A stretch of DNA of 64,000 bases, taken from positions 121,237 to 185,236 of the forward strand of contig CALWHE010000002.1 of assembly GCA_944380295.1 (NCBI GenBank). The letters are read 5' to 3'. Made by a program: the position numbers and the translations under genes. Of this stretch, positions 11,601-19,000 are shown one piece after another (the first letter of the stretch is position 1; each line of letters begins with the position of its first letter). The DNA comes from an uncultured Christensenellaceae bacterium. GTDB taxonomy: Bacteria > Bacillota > Clostridia > Christensenellales > UBA3700. A model generated the notes under the pieces. The model was not told where the DNA came from and did no database searches. It saw only the letters and a program-made list of their open reading frames with translations.

Positions 11601-14600
11601 ATCGGGTCGCCGGTGATGATCGGGTCGGTGGTGATATCGTAATCGGGCTGATAAGCCTGCTTATTGTAAGTGACTTTGGCGTTTCTCAGCGTGATGTGCA
11701 GCTGCCTTTTCGTGACTTTATAAGTCACGGTTGCCTCGGCGGAAGCGTAATTGCCGGTGGCGCCGTCATACTTATAAACAATGGTATAAATGCCCACGTT
11801 GCGCAAAGAGGTGGCAACGTTTTCCGTGCCCTCGCCCACATAATAGGAGATGTCCGGGGTTATTTTACCGCTCAAATCACTGTCGTCGGAGCCGGTTATC
11901 GTGTAAGGCAGATTGGGAATAACGGTGCCGTCATATGGCGCCGTCACCTCAGTCTCTTTCGGGGTGATGGTGATGGTCATCTGCGTGATGGTGAGCGCGT
12001 CACTTCCCAAAGAGGCGGTGGCGGCGTTATAGTTGGTCAGCTCGGGCAGGGACACTGCCACGGCGTAAGTGCCGGCGTTGACGGGAACTTCCGCCGCGCC
12101 GTTATAAGTGAAGGTGAGCGCGGCGCGCAGCACGCTTTCCACTTCTTCCTGCAAAGCGTCTGCCACGGTGATGGTGACGCCGGCGAGAGCGAAAGGCACT
12201 TCTTCGCCGCTGTATTCGGCGGTGGTCTTGCTGCCGAGCGCCAGGGTCACGCTTGCCTTTTCTATTTCAAAGGTAGCCCAATCGTTGCCGTTTTTATCGA
12301 GCACGCCCAAAACGTTATAATTATCGCTCAAAGTTGCCGAGGTGGCGCCGGGATAATAAATCCCCGCATTGAGCGCCTGCGCGGGCTGCAACCTGCCGGA
12401 ATCGGAGAAGGCAGCAAAGGTAACGTCCGACACGCCGTCACCCGCGGCGCCGTTACTCAAAGAGGTGGCGTTGAAGGAATATTCGGCGGCCTGATAGACG
12501 TAAGTCTGAGCGGGGTCGTAATCGAAGAGCACATAAGTGTCGCGCTTCAAAACGTCGAAAGCGGAAGTGCCGCACACAACGTTATAGTTGTCCAGACCGT
12601 TGACGGAACCGGGCGACGAGATGGCGCTCACCACGGTTTGCGCATAATAACTGCCTGCGCCGAAGCGCATGCCGGGCGTGTAGTCCGCGTCGTTTTCCGC
12701 CGTGAAATACTTCACCGCGGAAGAAGTTATCTGATCGCCCGTGCGCAAGCCGCTGATAACGGCTTCTCCCACCTGCGGCATGTCAAGGTCGCCGTATGTA
12801 AAGTCGGATATCTCCGGCAGGCTGACGGCAAGGTCGAGTTTTTCCACTTCAAACTGTCCGGTGCCCTGCTGAGCAACGGCGAAGGTATAGTTACCGCTGC
12901 CGTTGCCGGAAATGCCTTCCACCACCACGTCATACATACCGGCGGGGAACGCATAAGCAAACACGCTGCCCGAACCGTTTGTGGGGGCAAAGAGATATTG
13001 CCCGGCGGAAGTGGCGGAAGAGGTGGTCATCAGGTTGAGGTTGAGCGTGATGCCGTCACGGGCGGCAAAACCGGTGAGCGGGCTGTCACCGAAGTCGAGC
13101 GTGTAATCCACATACTCCATAAACGCCGCTCTGCCGCCCTCTTCAAAGGTGGTGCCGAACGGCATGCTGCCGCCGGTCACGGTGAGGGTGACATTGGCGG
13201 GAGTGATGGTGAATGCGTTTTCGTTATTGGGCGCGTTTATCAATTCATAGTTATTTGAGCCGCTGTTCACGCCCTGCGCGGTGACGGTGTAATCACCCGC
13301 GTTGATGGCGGTGGAGCCGGTGGCTGCCTGGCTCAAAGTGACGGTATCGTCGCTGATGACGGCTTGCCCGCCGCCGTTTTCGGCGATGGTGCCGAATTGA
13401 TAATACACGGTGTTTGCCGCGCTGCCGCTGCCATATTGCACGCCGTAATCATAACCGGTGTAAGGCACTTGGTTGGTGACCACGTCCATATAAATGGGAC
13501 GTTTGTCTATCTCCACCTTCACGTTAATGCCGTTTGACGCGGGCGCAAAGATGGTTTTATTTCCGTTTTCATCTTCCACGGCGAACAAATCCAGCAGGGT
13601 CCAGCGGTAAACGTTGGCGTTATATTCCGCCTGCCAGGCGCTCAAATTGTTGTCCACCACCTGGAAGTCTTCTCCCGCCGTGCGTTCGAGCTGCAAGATA
13701 CTGGCAATGTTACCGGAAATATCTGCGTTCTTATCCTCGCCGCCGATATAGATATGCTCGATGGTATTGCCCACGCTTGTCGAGCCGTTATTCATCATAA
13801 AGGTGAAGGTGCCGGCGCTGTCATTGCCGATGGTGACATAGCCGTTTTTCGTAAGCTTGCCGGGGTGATTATCCATCTCGTAATTTTCGAGATAGCTGGC
13901 TTTGAGCGTGGGGAAGTTGACCATGGTCTTGTCGTAATACTTATCGTCCCCGCCGTCATTATTCACGCCGTTGCGCGGAGTGAGCTGATAGGACGAGGCG
14001 TATTCCACAGACATCTGCAAGTAGCCGTTACTCGTTCTGATGCCCTTATATGCGCCAAAGCCATGCACCTTAACGTCTTCCCTCGAATTTTGAGTAAAGA
14101 CATTGTCATCCACCTTTTTGGTATGACTGCCGCCGGATTCAGACCATTTGACATTCCAATAAACGCCTTTTTGGTCTTGCGGAACGGAGATCTCCAACAT
14201 ATAATCGGTATCATCGGAGAAGCTGACCTCACCGACCTTCGATCCTTCAATGTAAGCAAACGACTGGTCGTTTACGGCGTCGCCATCGAACCAATATTCC
14301 GCTTTATATCCGTCTTCATATCTCGTCCCGGTAGGATAGAAGCTTTCACCGCCGCTATCCCCCTGCGCCGGCTTACCTATATCTTCCGGACCGGGTTTGT
14401 TGTTGTCTTTATAAGTGCCCGCAAAAACAGTATTGGTCAAATAAACGTCGGAATATGATATGGTTCCTTCGTTTTTACCGACGATAATGCCGCGATAAAG
14501 CGAGGTTTTTGATTTATCGAGCCATGCATATACTTCATTATAGTTAAAGTCAACTATAACGCCTTGCAAGTTCGCCGTGCCCGCACTGGTCACCAAACCG

Positions 14601-15967
14601 ATAACGCACGACATTCTGGCTTCCGAACCTGTCATATAACGATTGCCTTGACCCCATTGTGTTTTTTTCGTTTCAACATGATGTCCGTATAAGGCTGCAT
14701 GTTCCGTTCCGCTTATGGAAATCTTTTTAAGGGTTCTGTTACAATGCTGAATGCCTATTATACCGCCAAAAACAGAAAGACCTTGATCCGCATTTCTCCA
14801 TAAGGTAGGGTAATTCAATGCCGGAGATTGTTCTTCAAAAGCTATATCGTTATTCATGCGAACGGAAACAAGTTCGACATTCGCATTCATATTTACGCCG
14901 ATCAAGCCGCCCGTATATGTGCCCGTGCAGCTGTCCTGCCAGTCGCCATAAGCATCCAAATTATAACAATGCAGAACATCTTTATTGAAGGTCATGGATA
15001 CATTGTAAACATTGGAAGTTCCTTGCTGTCCGTTTTCCTCAGATCGTCCGGCATAACCGACCAAACCACCGAATGCGGAAGCGCTTTTTACTTTCCTATA
15101 TGTTGCCTTATGTTGAGAACCGCTTGTGGTGCTGTCATTCCACTTGAAGTTTTTGAATGTTCCGTTTCTCAAAGAACCGAACACCATGCCGACTGCGCGC
15201 AATCCCTCGCAGTCGTTGTTAGCGCTGTTTTTGCTTATTTCAAATCCGAGCGTTGCCTCATCTCGGAACCAAGAAAAGGTCACAGTGGAATTATCCACCG
15301 ACAATGTAGCCGAAGGGATCAATGTAGCGCCCGCACCATCGAGGGTGGCGTCAAAACTTTGAAGCACACCGGTGGTGTTCGGGTTATATGAGATAGAACT
15401 TACAACGATCATGGCATATTCGGAGGATTCTTGGTAATATGCCGGGGTGGTCATAAAGTCGTTATAAGACATATAGAGCGGATTGGAATCGCTGCCGTTC
15501 TTGTTGAAGCGATACCAGGAACCGTTGTGGAAAACTTCATAATAGCCGGAGCCGCCCCAGGACTTGTTGGCAATGTTCAACGTGCCCCCATCAACATCGC
15601 TCCAGCCGTTTTGCGTGAGCAGGCGGAAGTTGGTGTTGAGCGTGGTGACGTAAGTTTCTTTAACGCCGTCGCCGTCCGTGGAACCGTTGTCCAAGTGCTT
15701 GCCCGCCGCATCCTGCAAGTCCTGCATGTCCGCTTCTGTCCACTCGCCCGTTTTTTGCGAATGGGAAAGCAGCGTTTGATAGATGTAATCGGAACTGACT
15801 TCACCCGTGCTGGAACCTACGGACACCGCCGTTTGTGAGGCGGCAGCTTCCTGCTCCGGCACATAAGAAGCGCCGTTGCCTGCAAGCACCACCGTGAGCA
15901 CGACCGCCGCAATGAGTATGAGCGCAAGCGCCGCCGTTACCAATGCGTATTTTCTGCTCCTGACCAT
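2636..15967 (-). CDS. Giant surface protein (4443 aa): N-terminal signal/anchor, GLUG-motif region, dozens of MBG (YGX-type)-like repeats, coiled-coil, C-terminal hydrophobic anchor with basic tail
   Basis: Uninterrupted ORF with GGAGG 8 nt before the ATG at 15967. N-terminus MVRSRKYALVTAALALILIAAVVLTVVLAG. GLUG-like strings FGGLVGYAG, TGGLIGVN, FGGIIGIQ, RGIIVGKNEG. There are many ~80-aa repeats with Y-(D/T)-G ... (N/D)AG(T/D)Y ... NY ... (I/L)T(I/V)xP signatures, e.g. VNAGTYAVAVSLPELTNYNAATASLGSDALTITQMTITITP. C-terminus GALSLPLFGIGMVFAARKRNKKEDDLND. Confidence 0.9.
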   Translation of the reverse strand: MVRSRKYALVTAALALILIAAVVLTVVLAGNGASYVPEQEAAASQTAVSVGSSTGEVSSDYIYQTLLSHSQKTGEWTEADMQDLQDAAGKHLDNGSTDGDGVKETYVTTLNTNFRLLTQNGWSDVDGGTLNIANKSWGGSGYYEVFHNGSWYRFNKNGSDSNPLYMSYNDFMTTPAYYQESSEYAMIVVSSISYNPNTTGVLQSFDATLDGAGATLIPSATLSVDNSTVTFSWFRDEATLGFEISKNSANNDCEGLRAVGMVFGSLRNGTFKNFKWNDSTTSGSQHKATYRKVKSASAFGGLVGYAGRSEENGQQGTSNVYNVSMTFNKDVLHCYNLDAYGDWQDSCTGTYTGGLIGVNMNANVELVSVRMNNDIAFEEQSPALNYPTLWRNADQGLSVFGGIIGIQHCNRTLKKISISGTEHAALYGHHVETKKTQWGQGNRYMTGSEARMSCVIGLVTSAGTANLQGVIVDFNYNEVYAWLDKSKTSLYRGIIVGKNEGTISYSDVYLTNTVFAGTYKDNNKPGPEDIGKPAQGDSGGESFYPTGTRYEDGYKAEYWFDGDAVNDQSFAYIEGSKVGEVSFSDDTDYMLEISVPQDQKGVYWNVKWSESGGSHTKKVDDNVFTQNSREDVKVHGFGAYKGIRTSNGYLQMSVEYASSYQLTPRNGVNNDGGDDKYYDKTMVNFPTLKASYLENYEMDNHPGKLTKNGYVTIGNDSAGTFTFMMNNGSTSVGNTIEHIYIGGEDKNADISGNIASILQLERTAGEDFQVVDNNLSAWQAEYNANVYRWTLLDLFAVEDENGNKTIFAPASNGINVKVEIDKRPIYMDVVTNQVPYTGYDYGVQYGSGSAANTVYYQFGTIAENGGGQAVISDDTVTLSQAATGSTAINAGDYTVTAQGVNSGSNNYELINAPNNENAFTITPANVTLTVTGGSMPFGTTFEEGGRAAFMEYVDYTLDFGDSPLTGFAARDGITLNLNLMTTSSATSAGQYLFAPTNGSGSVFAYAFPAGMYDVVVEGISGNGSGNYTFAVAQQGTGQFEVEKLDLAVSLPEISDFTYGDLDMPQVGEAVISGLRTGDQITSSAVKYFTAENDADYTPGMRFGAGSYYAQTVVSAISSPGSVNGLDNYNVVCGTSAFDVLKRDTYVLFDYDPAQTYVYQAAEYSFNATSLSNGAAGDGVSDVTFAAFSDSGRLQPAQALNAGIYYPGATSATLSDNYNVLGVLDKNGNDWATFEIEKASVTLALGSKTTAEYSGEEVPFALAGVTITVADALQEEVESVLRAALTFTYNGAAEVPVNAGTYAVAVSLPELTNYNAATASLGSDALTITQMTITITPKETEVTAPYDGTVIPNLPYTITGSDDSDLSGKITPDISYYVGEGTENVATSLRNVGIYTIVYKYDGATGNYASAEATVTYKVTKRQLHITLRNAKVTYNKQAYQPDYDITTDPIITGDPIIAGDVVNITFTVTKDGSAVSGDIVNAGEYNFTFGVDNANYALSDSYTVTIDPYTLTAQGLNTTILYNAAATGIEEYKSQINYEVLDADGSVIEKDAIKVDVEILEEGGAAATTIGSDGGKYQAKLTVTKSGAFNNDNYAVAEATTYAIYIYKIALRSSLTGSVTYGTDYTVNGVLYAAAGQAGTQDLKVNGDDGSVVMDEGAVADVLEINIKNAVLTLSGANLIGESASGSKTLTGGAAASVVFNGNVFDEQFAKPVDAGSYTLTVTLTVEAVYKEGTTSHPDNKRTVTITAPFTWTVDPLEIAVNAENLGQLDKYYTETITAADIMGVVKMEEQYKKYVTAVSAAIGGTYVNAGEYEYDLVLNTGVDGYYNYTLAAVKTGKINVQKLTLQVSAGNAEVEYGKAVTPSVTTVISKGETSLTEEEISKLGAAFTSQYSYTTALNYQPGKGVGLYEGAIELSVTATKNFTVETTNGNVNVIPRKIQITLGNLSMVYGTEQLPALTYTLTGGTTLFTGDDMPVLATDGLTLDGEAAPAVNRINADSYAYDFTSLSSQDDNYEITAHNGGTLTVTPYVITSVTWDESAKPVYKGSEFAADELFTIADMDMPNGDVVTFGVAYTDGQGGKVVKNAGAYTAAATVASVMNGTESVETGNYDVSRVATRNLNVAQATLTLSGVAEAAEEDGAFILTVTYDPDGDPQEISASALTFTFGAATYAEDNDGALTVTIAYSQNGFTASPVNAGTYNVSVTVSGANFVRSTFTNISLVINKLQLTTLDGFANVTAPADAMFNNLFHEPTVEFLGVPATYSFTYFKVTESEGTIVKEPADPVDAAHYYALLTIDSANVYYVTTGEYEVEFDIVPTDKISLDISIPTSTGLNENNVYYTGTGIRPTAEATITQFNPAQVYVTDDGAFTYKFYKVASTATGTTVEINGAQYDVMANGYALDEAIDTGSYYVEYWFNIGRKFNGNYEELHGFMMSGDDPLIMQITTGNMGIRFISVATQEYSGLAGFNGRDVIYQENGKWFINTDLITFSGVDLNGMTNLMNQLKTGEIVITVSYRYDMTDGVARYTKLYDYTWGFDANNQVRATPVKKYYAMKTDPEAGQIEGPYGNVTDLGYANGQAAAVYLIEVRVDNRHSADVPENLKDVVSVPDSGSSYSSAMEVYADEDGNPIRDDNNNLQYVPTYHRGSGTISFEPAQVEFEMLYTSDFYNDGNDMLTGGYNELNDVATSLEEFTQELLDKAQFILRGVAIPASAFEYSGDVSTNPLVKSVNSSTAAVSVNVTGSNYTDTVLGEKVRYEVLDKTYFHLTVTDEEGNKVYTYNVTGYNNGSQNVGGAYGITNAGTYTFEFVFDGMNGKYAPFSYTWDFVQQAAEYHITVTQEEGVTLTTPFGTEFDLTTLNGALKATLEDGELATETGHYQMFEEAFKAGNYDNYITLFGDDGSGVPYTDYQVLGVESPVGQYYISYVFVSKDKNLEIMMETQESMIEVTATAPGFLADEDGNPVGVTEGEEGEEGQEQNPGEYNIGSVSYSAGNTQTEYVLSKVRLGLEYTTLPGNTNDYAPYTTENVGIFAIQYLADGSEDWVELPATSSIMSVGKYKIWFAADGDNNLEGSVSDQYVLFEITKINATAFVTGYEAVNGQTYTGYDFSLGWKITDESGLDVQAAVLGGEVNIMVKFGDGEFAAGGKINEAGTYTVYVTAAGSANYNVKDSEQVQIVINKADLNVRFAQSYYTAVYNENGNTIAPDQVSYELNGRRVSNAGGASDVYYLLMDEEGKVTNESAQQMVEAYLTANSELDLDEWAAQNGYTDFVFTSVGDAAAATDVGVYLPIVVYEGDGNYVKSARLITNGSYPEFEITKAAMQAILVASQKYVVTYGDAITDITSADTVLKHFTLAWKKQVGIGSDGSPEYADVDDIATSGAVITYSMLDLRVYTKGYDIGTYANAYELEINFSHKNYELDYQTAYTSVEVKPYAVSVDLANAQVYLEKDGADSAQVLTAAGVTFNKVYQGASFGRLTFVFKDAEGNVLNTGFGLEGQNGITQEHGFGAYGVLSVAAADEGGFVAGTATIAGEYNTKVVFTLNNGNYTVTINGADSTLATLTPNTTQDPDAASYSVDVKMNVEKAVLRLLFDTVTYTWGTDGEYKGEYKEKATPSTRADHVGWWEYSTIWTGYKFEESDRVYIQSGYFGESGKFVPFGRFETAARLGGVRNDAELAAELALVIDDGDSGNLAAVGEYNIHISTGSANYVIANADNEVPVITVTPEGSDTPVQTQNNMIDINITIAASPALEVTAALDGDENAGIHALFTQDDEAGKVWSRTFDGMTINSKTILGDYLAVYRYKRTQAAVKGSIAAPDATVPLERDGDRDFSDSIFASGINVTFAGADGTALDSIMSAGTYKMTVSVELTTNEVKITEYTLVIAPAPASDFTANVRNKARSSQIYNGEALVPNFTFTLAIAEKLNSTVQHTLDVTSYDVQVFKDGAKQPLLTYNVKNGVAELSKEQRALLAGAGSYTFKLVVNSPNAEENATFEVNTSDGPLTFTIKQRDLSNDGIDIAFKDHFDYTTKGGQPVAVDEKRLELSIFYDRTLKLISGTDYTVTFENENGEGGNEGGKYTGTYGFTVTGKGNFTGKLTGPGYSYSIGASVGLTQAPDPIVYGSDSVKVVLTVNSMGPAQGDGSLDADRFGLSFNSNVGRLVNGNTTVSQLTLVGVPVYADGKFTVTLGGLRAVNAGEYYLDLSFTCEYDNITSNGEINAEASGAELCKVKVTPASVVQAAESVSAVLTSVNSTSVAFNISGTPRAYEYSLDNGQTWVKAVKGNNVIPALAPEQNVTVMLRVNDGNYATADDVHEYDLKKVTLTATTTASVDDILTAADELARSFNATGFTRYAELLQQVENISAADREARGAEIDEALAAVEEARSEYIEDLQGAIDSAVNAAERAAGKASATTTATAAATAGALSLPLFGIGMVFAARKRNKKEDDLND

Positions 15968-16002
15968 AATTTATTCCTCCAAATACCTTTCCTTTATGTT
16001 AT

Positions 16003-16028
16003 GCACGCGGCGCGGCTGCGCCGCATGC
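16003..16028 (-). promoter_or_regulatory. Stem-loop in the 83-nt spacer between the two giant genes
   Basis: gcacgcggcgc-ggct-gcgccgcatgc (11-bp stem including one G.U on the minus-strand RNA, 4-nt loop). It lies between the stop at 16051 and the SD/ATG at 15967. No U-tract follows, so it is not a canonical terminator. Confidence 0.45.
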
Positions 16029-16050
16029 CTTGTTATTGTTTGCCCTGCGT

Positions 16051-19000
16051 TCAGCCGATGGTGATACGCCTGGATTGTTTGAGGTGGCAGCCTTCATAGT
16101 CCACCAATGCCCCGGTGCGCTGATATACGTCAACGTTGTAACCGATATAGGCATAGCCGATGTTCGCCTGCGCCGCGGAAGGTCTGATCACCGCGGGCAG
16201 CTCCATGACGTGTCCGCTGGTGAAGGTCACGCGCGCCGTTACATCGGTCACGCCCTTGGGCACGGAAGTCACCCACTCGCCGTCCACCAGGAATTCCATG
16301 GTGCGGATAACGCCGGAGTTGATCTGCGCCGCCATCTCATATCTCTGCCAACGGAAGGCGTAACGCGTTTCGTCGTTTTCCAGCAGGAGCTTGATGTTAG
16401 AGGTGTTCACATACCACTCACTCACGTGCAAGCCTGCCGTTTGGATAGCGCCCTTGACGGTTTCGTCCTCAGTAAAGGCTCTCCAGAACACGCTCACGGA
16501 TTCCGTCACGCCCGTTTCGTATGTCACGTCCACAGACGAAGGCAGCGGGTTGTAAGAGTCGTCACCCGTGACCAGATACATGTAGTAATCATAAGGATTG
16601 AGCACCACCGTATTCGCCGCCGAACCGCGCACGCTGATGCTTGCCGGCTTCTTGCCCGGAATGTCCACCGTGACCACCAGGGGCTGAGTGAAGGCGTCCA
16701 AGTCGCCCGCGGCATTATTTGCCCGCAGTCCGGCGTCCATGGCAACGGTTATGTTGATATAGAAGGTGTCGCCGTTCAGGTTGTTTTCGTCAGCCGTGAA
16801 CGCCGTTATCCATTCGCCCAGCGTCTTGTTGCCATACTTCTTGCTGACCAGCTGAGTTTTGAGAGAGATCTCGGGCTGTCCGCCCCAGGAGATGCGGCTG
16901 CTGTTTGTCAACACGCTGCCGTCTGCATATTGGATCGCCACGCTCTCTATGGCGCGCCTGATCTTGTCGATAGCCTCTTCATACGTGCCGTCTTCAAGCC
17001 ACTCGTTGTTCAAGGTGTTCATATCCACAGACACGGTGGGATCGACCAGCGTGCTGTCCAAATACGTGATGGGCAGCACCGCCGTCTTGTTGTTGCGGAA
17101 CTTGACGGTTGCTTCCACATAGTCGCCCTGCGCGCTGCCGGCGGAATCCGTCTGATAGCCGGTGAGCAAGGCGTCTGCCTCACCTCTTTTGAACGCGTTT
17201 TCATCCGTGGTCACAGAATAACGCTTGCGCTCGTCACGCCAGGTGGTCATGATGATGTAATCGGGCAGCTCGTCATAATAGTAGAGCGTCCAGGCGTCGA
17301 GCTCTTTGTATTCATCCTTGCCGGTGTGCGCACCGGGATCGGAGGCTGTGGTGTCGACGATGTCGCACTTTTCGATGATGATCTGCATATTTGCCGTGGT
17401 GTGTCCGAAGTCGGCAGTAGCCGTCACGGTAAACGAACCGCCTCTATCAGCACCACCCAAAGCGCTTTCCAGCGCCGTTTGGAAGCCGCTGCCCGACGCA
17501 CCGTTCACGGAGAAGGTCACATTGGCGCGCGAGAATCTGGTGCCGTTTTGCCACCTTGCCGTGTAAGTGTTGCCGAAGTAAGCGTCCATCAAGTATTGAG
17601 CCGCATCCTGATACCAGCCCATCTTGTATTGATCGAACACGATCCTGTTGGGCAGGTTACCCCAGCTGACCACGCCGCCGTTATAGACATCGCCCAAGCC
17701 GGCGTTATCCGCGTTGACGCTTTCACCCGTGTTGTAAATTTCGATGCGGGTGTAGCTCTCCAAGTCGGACCATTGGTCGTTGCGGTTATTCACCTTGGTG
17801 TAATTATTGGAGGCGTGTCCCGCAGACGCAGAGTAACCGCGCCTATACAGGGACGCCGAACCGCTTGCCGCAGAATAATTGTGGTCTGCGGAATAGCCGC
17901 CGTAACCCTTGTTGCCGCCGCCCGCACCCAAGCCGGGAGTTACTTCAACATTCATGAAGTAATAGTCAGAGCTGCTGTCATACACGTCGCCGTAAGGGAT
18001 AGCGTAGCTATACACGTTCTTGGTGGTGGTAGCCACGGCGCCGCTCGAGGTGCGGTAATTGACGGTGATTTTTCTGCCCGTGTCACGTCCGACGTTGGTC
18101 TTGCCGTTTGTGATATAAGTCATGTTGCCCTGCATGCCGGATTGATACTCCGTGCCGTTGCCGTAAAGGGTGTCTGCATAATAGACGTAAACCCTGTTCA
18201 CTCCCGTCACGCCGTCGCGCGTGTATTCCGGATCGTAACGCAGCACCGCGGTGCCTTCATCACGTCCCATAAATGAGATGTTGGTCAGCACGCCGTTGGT
18301 CATGTTCACGTTGAGTTCCGCGCTCGTCCAGATGGAGATGGGCATCAACTTCATGAAGATGGTCATCAAGGTGGTCACCGCGCCGGGGTTGCGGTCCCGG
18401 TCCTCATAGCGCACGTATTGCAGGTCGTCACTTCTCGATCTGACCGCGTCGGGCGTGAGCACCAAGCCCGCCTCATTGACGGAGATGTTCATCTGCTGCA
18501 AGAGATCCGCCAGCAAGCCGCGCAGGTTGACGTCCAAAGAGTCGAGCGTGGAGTTGGGGTCGTCGCCCGCCTTGGTTATCCTCTCGGAGTCCTCGTTGTT
18601 CCTGGCTTCACCGGACAGGCGCTGATAGGACATGGTAGCCCTATCCCACCACATGAATTGCAGGTAATTGATACCGAAGTATGTGCCGCCGCCCAGGCTC
18701 GCCGTGGTGAGGTCGAGAGCGCTGTTGGCGCCGAAGATGGAGCCGAAGAGCGCGTCGACCGCCTTGTTTATCTCATAAGGGTCAAACCTGATGGTCAGGT
18801 TCATTTCACCCGTGGAGTTGAGATTCATATAAATGCCGCCCGTGGTGGTTATCACGCTGCCGCCGTCGGAAGGCTTAAACTCTCCCGTGTTGCTGTCATA
18901 ATCGCCCTTCACCTGTCCGCCGCCGAGCAGCTTCCAGATGTCGAGGTCGGCAAACGCCGCGGCAAAGCCGGTGGGATCTGCTTCACCCACAATACTGATG

